Shown: positions 52,054 through 63,300, numbered from the stretch's first letter. The stretch is 64,000 nt of DNA from Azolla caroliniana (GCA_043228905.1 JBHGNT010000008.1:21638001-21702000), one strand, 5' to 3'. A program made the numbers and translations. Notes: generated from the sequence alone by a model not told the origin.

Positions 52054-54225
52054 ATGAGGGGGTCGGATCTTGCAGAGGCCATGGCTTCGGCCGTGGATCG
52101 GATTGTAAATGCGCGCGAGGGCACCGGTGCCCTCGACAGAGCTATTGAGGCGGTCGTCGGCACGATCGGCCGGTTCGATGGGAAGGATGCCACGAAGTAT
52201 TTGGCGTCCTACGGTGCAGAGATGCTGATGCGGGACATTCCGGAAGAAAGGCGTCTTGCCGGATTTCCCCGAGTGGCGATGCCGAGCATCCATGCGGAGG
52301 TGCTCGAGGTGCGGGCGGAGAGCCGTACCTGGGAGGAGTTCGAAGGTCGACGCGCTCCGGCTTTCGAAGCGAAGGTTCATGGAATGGGGAAGGGAAGAAA
52401 CGCGTCGGCACTCCTCCGGGAGTTCGAGGAAAACTTTGCGCGCCTTTCGGCGCTCGACCGAACCATCCTGGACACGAGCCGGGTCTTGCTGTTTGTCAAG
52501 TCGGTCGACGAGCGGGATCGGGAGCAAGTGGGCCTCTTGCTGGAAACCGAAGACGGGCTCACTACCGACTGGGCGGCTGTCAAGAAAGTCTGTGGCCGTT
52601 TCGACAAACGGCGAGAATGGGCGGATAACGGGGCAACCGGGTCGGGCTCGGTCGCAGCAAGGAAGCTCGAACCAGTGCCACAGGTGCGAAAGGAAGAGAC
52701 CCGAGAGTGGTTGGAAACCGGTTCGGCTTCGACCGGCGTAGTCAGAGGCTCAACCGGAGGAGCGGCGCTGGAGGAATTGACGAGGGCGATAAAGGACCTC
52801 CAAATCGCGCAAGCCCGAAGGGAAGGTGGCGAACCGGCTCGTGACCGACGGCCGGCGGCAGGAAACAGGTGCATGTGGTGCGATGAAGTCGGCCACATTC
52901 GGAAAGACTGCGGCGACTTCGCGGAGGCGCTGAGGAACAGGGTGGTGTACCTGTGGGAAGGACGGGTGCATGCCAGCGACACCCGAAGGGCCCTGAGCCG
53001 AAACGACGGGCGAGGTGGTATGAAAAGGTTGATGGAAGAGGCGGCGGCCCGACACGCGGAAACCGTCCACTACTCGGCGTCGGCCGGCATTCGAGTCGGG
53101 GGCGGCGAGGCCCGAAGGGAAAGCAAAGCCGGATTCTGGCCGACGATGCTAGAAGGCCTTGCCGGTGCAAGGCTTAAAAGGGAGGAATCGGACCGTGCGG
53201 AGAAACGGGTACGGGAGATGACCGGGTGGAGCGACCCGGTCGAGGAAAAGACGGGCTTCGTGGAAGCCGCTTGCCAGAACTACGAGGCTCTGGTAGAAGA
53301 GAAGCGGGTGGGGAAACCCGGGACGACCGGGCCCTCACAACGATACGAGACCCGGTCCGGGCCACGACGGGACGAAGCCGGCGGGGCCGGTACGCAAGAT
53401 AAACCCCAGAAGGGCGGGTACCGTCTGGGGACGGAGATAGAAAGGACCACGGACTTACGAAAGGTCCTGGAGGAACGGATCCTCGACAGCAAGGTGGAGC
53501 TGTCATTACGAGAGGTGCTGGGAATCGCCAAGAAGGAGTTCCACGACTCCATCATGGACTTGGTGAAACGGAAGAGGCTGTCAACGGAGACAGAACCGGA
53601 AAGACCGGTGGAAGTGCGGACGACGCACCTAGACGACATGGCGCTGGGAGACGAGTGGGCGGAAAGCCACTATTCGAGACCACACTGGGCCCGAGCGACC
53701 ACGGAAACCCCGGTGAAGATCGGCGATGTCCAGGAACCGGTGATAGCTTTGGTGGACCACGGATCGGAGATCAATTTGATGTCCATGGACTTCTATAAGA
53801 AGGGCAAATGGCCGATCAACACCAAGCACGGGTGGAAAATAAGGGCAGCAACGCGCGCCACCGAGGAACTGCACGGGGCCTGTCCGAATGTGCGAGTCAA
53901 GATCGGCGACGTCGAGATTGACCAGCACTTCTTCGTGCAGGAGACGTCTTCGCATCCGGTCATACTGGGAGAGCCGTACATCACGGCGGCACGAATGGAG
54001 ACCAAGGTGCTGGACAATGGTTCGGCCTACGCGAGGGTCAAAAGCCAAGACGGGCGCCATTCGGTCCAGTTTCTGACGGTACGGCCGAACCACGAACGTA
54101 ACCGCGACTCCCTCGGTTCCGAAAACCGAGAGGATTTTTGGAGAGGACTGCCAAGGCGTGGGGCCGCGACAGTCCGGATGCTCCGGGAAAACCCCACATC
54201 TGTACGAGAAAACCGTGTACAATAG
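52054..54225 (+). CDS. Gag-protease of gypsy D
   Basis: CMWCDEVGHIRKDC knuckle; protease ALVDHGSEIN...ILGEPY. Confidence 0.92.
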   Translation: MRGSDLAEAMASAVDRIVNAREGTGALDRAIEAVVGTIGRFDGKDATKYLASYGAEMLMRDIPEERRLAGFPRVAMPSIHAEVLEVRAESRTWEEFEGRRAPAFEAKVHGMGKGRNASALLREFEENFARLSALDRTILDTSRVLLFVKSVDERDREQVGLLLETEDGLTTDWAAVKKVCGRFDKRREWADNGATGSGSVAARKLEPVPQVRKEETREWLETGSASTGVVRGSTGGAALEELTRAIKDLQIAQARREGGEPARDRRPAAGNRCMWCDEVGHIRKDCGDFAEALRNRVVYLWEGRVHASDTRRALSRNDGRGGMKRLMEEAAARHAETVHYSASAGIRVGGGEARRESKAGFWPTMLEGLAGARLKREESDRAEKRVREMTGWSDPVEEKTGFVEAACQNYEALVEEKRVGKPGTTGPSQRYETRSGPRRDEAGGAGTQDKPQKGGYRLGTEIERTTDLRKVLEERILDSKVELSLREVLGIAKKEFHDSIMDLVKRKRLSTETEPERPVEVRTTHLDDMALGDEWAESHYSRPHWARATTETPVKIGDVQEPVIALVDHGSEINLMSMDFYKKGKWPINTKHGWKIRAATRATEELHGACPNVRVKIGDVEIDQHFFVQETSSHPVILGEPYITAARMETKVLDNGSAYARVKSQDGRHSVQFLTVRPNHERNRDSLGSENREDFWRGLPRRGAATVRMLRENPTSVRENRVQ

Positions 54226-57200
54226 TTAGAAAATTTTGCTTCTCCGACAGCGGAGCATGTACGATGGTCGGCATCGCCGGCCGAGAGAAAACAAAGACGG
54301 AGGGGAGACTTCGGGCGTGCGGAGTTCTCGGCCCTGACGAAGAAATCGACGGAGCCGTGGAGGCAGTCTTCTTCGACGACACCTTGGGAATGCTGGGGAA
54401 GGTAGTCGAAGAAGACCTTAACGAAGACCGGACGATACCGGTGTGTTCCGAAGAAATGTACGAAGTCATCGCGGACTTCGGTCGAGGGCTCGAGTCGGAA
54501 CGGACGGCCCGAGTTAGCACCAAGTACAAGACTGTGGACCGGAAGGTGAGGCCAGTTGCGGCGCCCTTACCGGAGGGCAGCGAATCCCGAATCAAAGGGG
54601 TTGCGTCGGACCCCAGCTTACGAGATCCGGCCTGCATAGGACACACCTTCACCAACGAGACGCTCCGCGAGCTGAAGATCGGTGGGGGCGGGTTCCTACT
54701 GCCGGTGGAGGAAGACCGGTTTCGGAGAATGCTCGGAAGGCACGGGAAAGCCTTCGCATTCTCACCGGAGGAAATCGGGTGCGTAGACCCGACGATCGTA
54801 GAGCCAATGGTGATATTCACGGTACCGCATGTACCGTGGAGTCTCAAGCCAATTCCGGTTCCGAGAGCTCACATCCCGAAGTTGATGGAGCTGTTGAAGC
54901 AAAAAGTTGATATGGGCATTCTCGAGCCTTCGAGCGCCCCATATTCAAACCGATGGTTTACCGTACCAAAGAAAAACGGATCGTTGCGCTTCATTCAGGA
55001 CCTGCAGCCGGTCAACAGAGTGACCATTCGGAACGCAGGGATCGGACCGACCATAGACGAGTTCGCGGAGGCCTTCGTCGGAAGGTCGATTTACTCGGTC
55101 GGTGATCTATACTCAGGGTACGACCAGTTCCAGCTAGCCGTGGAGAGCAGAGACATTACGACGATGCGAACTCCCCTCGGCCTAGTGCGGATGTGTACGC
55201 TGCCGCAAGGAGGGACCAACTCGGTGGCCCACATGGTGAATGCAATGAACAAGGTGCTGAGGGACTGCATCCCGGACATCACCATGCCGTTTCTAGACGA
55301 CATCCCGATCAAGGGATGCCCGGTAGAAGAGAAGGACGAGACGATCGGGCCGGACGGATGCCGGCGATTCGTGATGACACACATCGACGACTGCGAGAAG
55401 GTGCTGCAAAGGCTAGAGGATGTGAGGCTCACCTTCTCGGGGGAGAAGTCAGCCTTCGGGCAGTCGGAAATCATGGTGGTCGGACATTTATGTGGACCAT
55501 ATGGCCGGAAACCGTCTCCGGCAAAGGTAGAAGCCATCTCCGCGATGAAGCCTGATTGCAGCTCGGTCACGGAAGTACGAAGATTCTTGGGAGCATGCGC
55601 CTTCTACCACATATGGATCCCGCATTACGCGCACGTCGCGGAGCCGCTGTACGGATTATTGAAGAAAGGGCGAAGATTCGAATGGCTAGACAAGCACACG
55701 GAGTCGGTCCGGAAGCTGAAGGAGGCTCTTTCGGCAGCACCGGCGCTCCGAAAGGCCGTCTACAGGAAGGGCACCCCAGTGTACATAACGGTTGACACGA
55801 GTCCGACCGGAATCGGGTGGGTCGTCAACCAAGAAGACGAGGACGGCAATCAGTTTCCGATCCGATTCGGCGCGAAGGTCCTCAGTGAGCGGCAACGAGG
55901 ATACGCCCAGGTTAAACGCAAACTCTGGGGTATCGTTTCGGCGGTGAAGGCCGACAAGGACTATCTGATCGGGACAGAGGTAATCATAGAGACGGATTGC
56001 ATGCCGATTCTCGGCATGGTTTCCGGATGCGCGACGCCGGACCTGGCAATGCTCAGGTGGATAGCGTACATCAAGTCCCTGGACCCGGAAATACGACACA
56101 TTTCCGGGAAAGACAACGCCATGGCCGACATGCTTTCGAGGGCGAGGCTCGATGACGAGGGCGGCATGGTTTCGGAGGACGAAGAGGTCGGCGTGGACTT
56201 CTTCGAGGCAGCATACGTAACAACCGACGGGACGAGCACTCCGGCGCTTAACGACTTCGACGCGAGCAAGTACGACGGGGAGTGGCTGCAGATCGGCGGG
56301 TTCTTGAGGACAATGGCGCCGGATGCGTCATGGACGAAAGACGAGGCCAACCGGATCCGGAAGAAAGCGTACCGGTTCTTTCTCCGGGATGGCTATCTAT
56401 GGAAGCACCCGAAGAAGAGGGACGGCGCTCCGCTCCGGGTGGTGGCGATGAAGGAAGAACAGGAGGAGCTACTGACGGCCTACCACGACAGCCCTTGGGC
56501 CGGACACCGTGGAACTTGGGCCACGTTCGAGAAGATAAAGGAGAAGTACTGGTGGCCGGGACTGTACCGGGACGTGCATCGATTCGTGACAACTTGCGAG
56601 AGCTGTCAGATGCACTCCGTGGTCCGACACCGGGACGAGCTTCACCCTACGTACCCTCCGACCATCCACTTCAAATGGATGGTAGATCTGGTGACGATGC
56701 CAATGGGGGTAGGACAGATGCGGTACCTGGTCCTAGCGCGGGAGGATCTGACGAACCAGGTGGAAGGCCGGGCCCTTCCGAAGAAAACGACCGCGGCCGT
56801 ATGTCGGTTCCTAATCGAGGACGTGATATGCCGGTACGGGTGCGTCGGGAAGATCGTGGCTGACCGAGGGGAGTTGGACGCCGAAGAAGCCGCGGAGCTG
56901 TTCGACCTGCTGGGAGTCAAGCTCTCGCTCACCACTGCGTACAATCCGGAGGCGAATGGAAAGGTGGAGCGCGGACACGGGCCGATCGTCAAGGCGTTGG
57001 TTCGGGCATGCGGAGGCCGAGTCGGTAACTGGCCGCGGCTGCTACCTTATGCTTTGTGGGCAGACCGGACCACGCACAGTTCGGTAACCGGGTACATGCC
57101 GACGGAGCTCATGTTCGGCCAGAAGCCGATCATGCCGATGGAACGGACGATCTCCTCGTGGGCAACGGTCGACTGGAGGGACGAGATGAGCCGGGAGGAG

Positions 57201-57620
57201 TTGTTGGCCGCGCGTATACGACAGCTCGAGCGGAGACCGGAGGACGTGGAACCGGCTGCGGAGAAGCTCCGGGTGGCGAGGACAAAGAACAAAGCCAGGT
57301 TCGACCGAACGCACCGGCTCCGACCAAAGAAAATCGAAGAAGGTGACTGGGTGCTCGTCTACGACAGCAGCCTCGACAACCAGCACCAAGCTACACGGAA
57401 GTTCGCACGAAGGTGGTTCGGGCCTTACGTGGTACGGAGCGCCAATGACAACGGGACATATCACCTGGCGGAACTCGACGGCACGAGAATGGCGATACCG
57501 GTTGCAGGGAAGCGGATCAAAGCGTTCAGGAAGCGACACGACGACGAGCCAGACCCGGCTCTCCTAGTCAGCAGTGACGAACGATCCGAAAACGAGGAAG
57601 AACCGACGGGCGAGGAATGA
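54138..57620 (+). CDS. Pol (RT-RNase H-integrase) of gypsy D, in the -1 frame relative to gag
   Basis: RT PFLDDIP, RH VDTS, integrase H-H-C-C, VDLV, ADRGE, NGKVERG, WFGPY. Confidence 0.94.
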   Translation: MERTAKAWGRDSPDAPGKPHICTRKPCTIVRKFCFSDSGACTMVGIAGREKTKTEGRLRACGVLGPDEEIDGAVEAVFFDDTLGMLGKVVEEDLNEDRTIPVCSEEMYEVIADFGRGLESERTARVSTKYKTVDRKVRPVAAPLPEGSESRIKGVASDPSLRDPACIGHTFTNETLRELKIGGGGFLLPVEEDRFRRMLGRHGKAFAFSPEEIGCVDPTIVEPMVIFTVPHVPWSLKPIPVPRAHIPKLMELLKQKVDMGILEPSSAPYSNRWFTVPKKNGSLRFIQDLQPVNRVTIRNAGIGPTIDEFAEAFVGRSIYSVGDLYSGYDQFQLAVESRDITTMRTPLGLVRMCTLPQGGTNSVAHMVNAMNKVLRDCIPDITMPFLDDIPIKGCPVEEKDETIGPDGCRRFVMTHIDDCEKVLQRLEDVRLTFSGEKSAFGQSEIMVVGHLCGPYGRKPSPAKVEAISAMKPDCSSVTEVRRFLGACAFYHIWIPHYAHVAEPLYGLLKKGRRFEWLDKHTESVRKLKEALSAAPALRKAVYRKGTPVYITVDTSPTGIGWVVNQEDEDGNQFPIRFGAKVLSERQRGYAQVKRKLWGIVSAVKADKDYLIGTEVIIETDCMPILGMVSGCATPDLAMLRWIAYIKSLDPEIRHISGKDNAMADMLSRARLDDEGGMVSEDEEVGVDFFEAAYVTTDGTSTPALNDFDASKYDGEWLQIGGFLRTMAPDASWTKDEANRIRKKAYRFFLRDGYLWKHPKKRDGAPLRVVAMKEEQEELLTAYHDSPWAGHRGTWATFEKIKEKYWWPGLYRDVHRFVTTCESCQMHSVVRHRDELHPTYPPTIHFKWMVDLVTMPMGVGQMRYLVLAREDLTNQVEGRALPKKTTAAVCRFLIEDVICRYGCVGKIVADRGELDAEEAAELFDLLGVKLSLTTAYNPEANGKVERGHGPIVKALVRACGGRVGNWPRLLPYALWADRTTHSSVTGYMPTELMFGQKPIMPMERTISSWATVDWRDEMSREELLAARIRQLERRPEDVEPAAEKLRVARTKNKARFDRTHRLRPKKIEEGDWVLVYDSSLDNQHQATRKFARRWFGPYVVRSANDNGTYHLAELDGTRMAIPVAGKRIKAFRKRHDDEPDPALLVSSDERSENEEEPTGEE

Positions 57621-60600
57621 AGACGGGCCGGTTTTCTCCGTCCCAACTCTCTTGGCGCATACCGGAGGATGCGCGGTTAGGTGGGGGCGGATGTCGTGAA
57701 GAAAACCGTCCATAAGCGGAATCGGCGCACCAAGGCGTGGGAACCGGTTCTTCACGCGCACACGCTCCAAGTTGTACATAGAAGCGAATTAGGAGGATAA
57801 TCGGCAGGAACGGGCCCTAACACAAGTGGAGACAAAGACCGCGCAAACAGTCTTTTCGGTCGCGCGCGCGAGCTAAGGAACTGTACGAGTCGGCGGCGTA
57901 ACTACGCGGATGCGTGAAGAACGGAGCGGATCCCTGTTCGAAAGGGACAGGGGATAAAGCTGACATGACGGCCTGCTCGTCGGCCTATATAAGGAGCAGG
58001 AAAGAGCTGTTGCAGGCATCTCGCGCAGAGAGGACGAAGTGCTGTCGGACCGTTTCTGGACGCTTCTCTCTCTGTTTCCTTCCTTCTTGAGCTCCATAGC
58101 TTTCTGTGCAGGGTCCCGAGGAGGCTCGCGCTGTTTCGAGGAACGCCCGAGTGCTTCCGGCAGCACCTCCGACCTGCTACCCCTTTGTGCGTCGAAGCGA
58201 ACAAGCATCGGCATCTGTTCGCCGGCCTGTTCGGTTGTAACCAACCTGTGCCCCATCGAGGGTTGTAGTCGTGTTAGCCATTTTTCTTAATATACATATT
58301 TAGTCATTCGCATCTGTCTGTGTCGGTGTCTGTTCGCGTTATCCGTGCTGAAGGGCCGTGTCCCTGTGTATCCCCGGTCCTGCGTAGCCGGTTCTCTCTC
58401 TTTCTCCTCCCTCGCTTGCTCTTTGGTTCGAGACCCCCGCGGTCCCGCCTCGTTTCCACACGCACTTGCGTAATATCTTGACAACGTTTCTTGCACAAGA
58501 AAGTGTTGCTTTATGTCGACGTCTCTGACGCTCACCCTGACGTTCGGGCAGGCCCGTGCAGCTCTTTCGTGGCTCTTGTTGCCGTGCGTATCTTCCACCC
58601 GTGTTTGGTGTTGATCGGCCAATTTCCCTTTTTGTAGAAGTCCATGGACATTAGGTTCATTTCCGACCTGTGGTCGATGAATGCCACCACCGGTTCCTTG
58701 ACATTCCCGATTCGAACCGGGGTCTCTGTAGTAGCTCTTGCCCAATGCGGCTTGGCGTAGTGGCTTTCCGCGAGCTCGTCTTCCGTGGCAATCTCGTCGA
58801 GGAGTGCCGCCCTCACCTCAACCGGCTTCTTAGGCTCCGGTTCCGTCGCGAGACGCTTCCTCTTCACGAGGTCCACGATACTGTCGTGGAACTCCCTTCT
58901 TGTTATACCGAGCACTTCCCTAAGCGTGAGTTCTATGCGACTATCAAGAACTCGCTCCTCTAGAACCTTTTGTAGGTTCGTTGTTTTCTCGATTTCCAAG
59001 CTTACGCGGAAGCTCGGAATCCTGCCCTTCTCCTTCTCCTGGGACCCGGTCGGAGCGGCATCATTCTTTTTGGGCGTGCTTCAGGTGTCATACCTCCCCG
59101 AAGGGCCCGCTCCCCCAGTTTTTCCCGCTCGTCTTTCGTCGATCAGGGCCTCGTAGTTCCTACACGCAGCTTCCACAAAGCCGGTGCTTTCTTCAACGGG
59201 GTCGCTCCACTCGGTAACTTCGCGCACACGTTCTTCTACGCGCTCCGCTTCTCCCTTCTGCAACCTTCCTCCGATCAAGGTCTCGAGAATAGCCGGCCAG
59301 AACCCAAGGTTTGAATTGGGTTTGGTCACCCTTTCCCCTACTCGGATAACGACCGAAGCCGAATAGTGGATGGCTTCGACGTGCCGGGCCATAGCCTCTT
59401 CCATCAACCTCTTCATGCCACCTCGTCCGAAATTCGTGTCTAGCAGTCTTCGCGTGTCGCTCACATGTACCCGTCTGTTCGAAAGGTAGACTACATTACT
59501 CCTGAGTGCTTCTCCGAAGTCAGTGCATTCTCTTCGGGCATGTCCAGTGACGTCGCACCATACGCACCTCTGATTAACCGGCGGTCGCTGGTCACGCGGC
59601 TGACCCTCGTCGCTTCGGCAGGCTTGTGCGATTTGGAGGTCGCGTACCATCCTTGTTAGTTCTTCTAGCCCTGCGCCGCTTGCAGGTCCTGTGACTATGT
59701 TCGTCGGGGTCGGGCCTAGCTCGAGGCGCCTCCTTGTTTCTTCCATTTGGGTCGGCATCGGTTCGGCCCTGATTTCGACTGCCGATCCGACCGACGAGGA
59801 TCCCTTTTCTTTCCAGTCTCGGCGTTCGTCGATCCTGCTGCATACTTCTTTGACGGTCACCCAATCAGTCGTGAGACCTCGGTTGGTTTCCTGAAGAAGA
59901 CCCACTCTTTCCCGGACGCGCTAATCGAAAGATGTCACGAAAAATAGGACTTTGCTTGTTTCGAGCACGATTCGGTCCAATCTAGAGAGTCGCGCGAACC
60001 ATGACTCGAACTCTTGGAGGAGCGCCGAAGCGTTCTGACCCTTGTCGGGGCTGTTGACCCAGTCCATAAAATCCTTTCTTGATAGCCGGAGTGAGTCATC
60101 ATAGTTGTACCTGTCGAGAACTTCTTCTGCGAATTCCGCCCAATCGCGACAGCTTGCTTGTATCTTGACCATCTTTGTATGGATGTATGGTGTTACGACC
60201 CGGGGAAACCCCATTAGCCATCCATCTTCGGGTATGTTCCTCATCTAAATTTCAGATTTGTATGCCTCTAAGTATCTCGTGGCGTCCTTTCCGCCAAACC
60301 GGCCTATCTTGCCGATCGTTGCTTCTATGGCCCGGTCGAGGGCACTCGCGCCCTCGCGAGCACTAACCAGGCGGTCTACCGCCACCGCCATTGCTTCTGC
60401 AAGTTCGCTTCCTCTCATCTCCAGATTCCTTTGCTGCCCTTTTTCACGTTCGGTTCACCAAATATGTCAAGGTTATCCTCGCGGATGCGTAGAAGTCGGG
60501 CAGGACCACGGGGGTCTCGAACCAAGGAATTGAGAAAACAAGGAGGGAGGAGTTTGAGAATCGCGTAGGTCTCGAGACCAAGGGAAAATAGGTAAGGCTA

Positions 60601-63300
60601 GCGAACAAGAGAGGGTAAGAGAGTCGTGCGTAAACGCGGACACGGGCGATTACAACCGGATCAGACAATGAGAACAACGTTTGTTAGGTAGAGAAGGTTT
60701 CTATTAAACAACACAAGTGCACGGTGCTGTGGGTGATTACAACCGGATCAGAGTCGGTGATGGAGCGCAGAGCTTGGCAATAATCGGACACAAAGGTACG
60801 TTGGCACGCTAAAGGTCGATCCCCTGGACAGGAGCACTCAGGCGTCTGATGCGTGCAAGGGAAGTGCATTCTGATGATCTGTCCTTACACTCCTCTCTGT
60901 ATCTCCTCTCCTCTTCTCTCAAAATGGCATCATGAAGACAGTCGAAGGTCGCCCCCTTTATAGCACAAGGAGCGACCGTTACAAGCATTCATGACCCGTC
61001 TCTTTCCCTTCCTAGATTCTCTCCCCTGATTCGCTCCCCTCGTAACTCTCCCTACATATGCGATGTTCTATTTCTTCTTTTATGCTCTAACTACCTAGTA
61101 CCCCTCCGTATACTCATGCCTAGTACTTTCCCTATTTAATTCTCTCGAGGCGTGCACTTGCGTAAACCGGTGTTCTTGCGCGTTTCACCTTGTTTCTACC
61201 TATGGCCCGGAATCTTCACTACAACGTCATGGTGGGATGTATTTTACAGTGATCAGAAAGGAATTATAGACAATTGTGTATTTGTTGATAATTGGAATTT
61301 GGAAACGCCATTCACATGGTCGGTGCAACAAGATCGTGTAAATAGAACTCCAAAGCAACTAGCAAATGCGATTAATGACAATTTGGTCCATCCACAACAA
61401 AGAGACATTTATGTGGGACCAAGGATGACCAAAGCAGCCAAAGCTAGATGGCAAGGCAATTTGCAAGAGCTCACGGCGGGGATGTTGATTGCAACGCCGG
61501 CTGATGAGAATTCACATGGCCACCAATTTTGGGTTGGTAAAATTCTAGAAGTGTTAATGCATGAAATAGAAAACACTATCAAATCTATAAACGTTCATTG
61601 GTACAACACTAGAAGTGCAAATGCTTTTACAGGTAAGTATACATTGGAGATGATTGAATGCCCAACAAGAAGGGGAGGTAGGAAGAGGAAGTGAAACATT
61701 CGTAACACCTCTACCCTTGATATCTCTGATGTGGATATCATCGTGTACGACATCACAATTACAAAAGCCGGACGATTAAGGAAGTCAACAATAGATATAA
61801 TAAAAGAAAAATTACCAGGTCTACAAGGTGGCTCAAGTCAAAGGCAAACGAGATCTGCTACATATAATCTAGAGTCAAACCATTTGGTTTATGACGAAGA
61901 TAATGCACTAATTGGTACATTCGAGGATGACGAGGAGGAATCGTCATTGTATATTAGTTATAGTACTGATTCTCCGTAAAGGAATGATCATGAATGTATT
62001 TTTGGCTATTAAGTGTAAATACATTCTGCTTGTAACAAATCGAGTAATATAAAAGCATGTGTTTTGAATTCTTATGATTTCTAAAAAATCGTTTCTTATA
62101 AAATAACATTGGTTGTAAAGTTTGTGATATAAATTGAGAATGTAACTTTTTGAAATTCCTCTTTTTTTAGTTACTTCTAAATCACGAAAATAGTGGATTT
62201 TTAACCTTTTTCATAGTATGTTAAACATGTATGATACTGGTATCAATGTGTTTTGTAAAATCATTGAAAAAGCCCTAAAATCAATCAAAATAATCCTTAT
62301 CCTTCCATTTATGCGCAATCCTTCCACTTGTGAACATGAACGTGTTTGTTGTAACTTACCTTGGTCCGGCTCGAAGCTGGGGTTGTATTCTTTCCCTTGT
62401 AATATACATGATCATACATGTTTGTGCATAACGGTGTCTCTGTTGGTGTCGGGTGCATAGCCCCCTCCTTTGTTTTGTTGTACATAAGAGTCGGTGTCGC
62501 GCGCATGCTCTCCCTTTCCTTTCTCTCTCTCTCGTGTTTGGCCGCATCCGGGTCATGCCCGATAGTTTTCTTGGCATTCCTTTTCTCCCTCATCCGAGAC
62601 CCCCGAGGTCCCGCCCCTTTCACATGCATGCGCGTAACGACGTGACAACGGGTAGTCACCCCCGGTGGTGTGTATTTGAAACTCCAGAGTTACCCACAAA
62701 TCCTTGCGCAAAGGATCGTTTGGAGCGGTTACGCAAAACACAAGCGGATTTATCTATTCATCTAAAACACACTCAACAAACACACAAGGTTAACGCAGAT
62801 CGCCGTCGGCTTCCATCCAGTTTTAACATTGGCGATCAGGTATGGCTACTACGACGACACATCAAGACTACTCGTCGATGCGAGAAAATGGATTATCCGT
62901 GATTAGGTCCTTTCTGTATTATCAAAAAAATTAATGATGTCGCTTTTCGTCTCGATCTACCTCTGCAACTTCGGATACATCCAATGTTTCATAGTTCTCT
63001 CCTCGAACCCTATCAAGACAACACCATCCCAGGTCATATTAAACAACCTCCACCCCCGATCGAACTTGAAGATGGACTTGAGTACGAGGTTGCCGCCATC
63101 CGATTCCAAGATTGTTCACAACAAGCTCTACTATTTAGTCGATTGGCTAGGATATAGTCCCAACGAGCGTACTTGGGAACCAATAGAGAATGTGACCAAT
63201 GCTCGTGCTCTTCTTGAAGACTTCCATCGTCAATATCCAGGCAAACCGGCTCCTCACACCAAAACGACTCATGACACTCGTCGTTTTAAAGGGGAGATAG

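Larger units (their letters stand above)
51218..58483 (+). mobile_element. Gypsy D, young near-intact element inserted antisense in the protease region of related gypsy C
   Basis: 792-bp LTRs at 51218-52009 and 57692-58483, two differences seen; TSD ACGT; PBS TGGTGAACCCGACGTGA at 52014-52030 (tRNA-Trp); PPT AGGTGGGGGCGGA. Confidence 0.97.
46806..61223 (-). mobile_element. Gypsy C, degenerate tRNA-Trp-primed element (possibly Phygy-like)
   Basis: LTRs 46806-47556 and 60465-61223; 4-bp TSD ACGT; PBS (reverse complement) TGGTGAACCGAACGTG at 60445-60460; PPT at 47557; fragments homologous to gypsy D. Confidence 0.93.
44774..61979 (+). pseudogene. Sola-like DDD transposase (44774-46805 + 61228-61979), interrupted by gypsy C
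   Basis: CLMIDGMDQKKT, LYIQLDNTA*ENKN, FLLVGHTHDHIDQMFS; N-terminal Cys-rich CCARGC..CRVAF; removal of gypsy C restores QQDT-SWWD. Confidence 0.88.
32904..62346 (+). mobile_element. Sola-like cut-and-paste DNA transposon (about 9.6 kb native) carrying a transposase and a ParB-methyltransferase cargo gene
   Basis: TIRs AACATGTTCGCGTTCACAAGTGGAAGGATTGCG and CGCAATCCTTCCACTTGTGAACATGAACGTGTT; probable 4-bp TSD TGCT/TGTT; DDD transposase inside. The superfamily call comes from motif recall, not an HMM search. Confidence 0.85.
32488..62647 (+). mobile_element. Solo LTR (about 715 bp; gypsy C/D lineage) split by the DNA transposon into 32488-32903 and 62347-62647
   Basis: Starts TGTCGTGAAGA and ends GTGACA; shares the GAGACCCCCGnGGTCCyGCC motif with the C and D LTRs; TSD ATGG/ACGG; removal restores the integrase frame FYAY-TGSHP. 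Confidence 0.85.
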
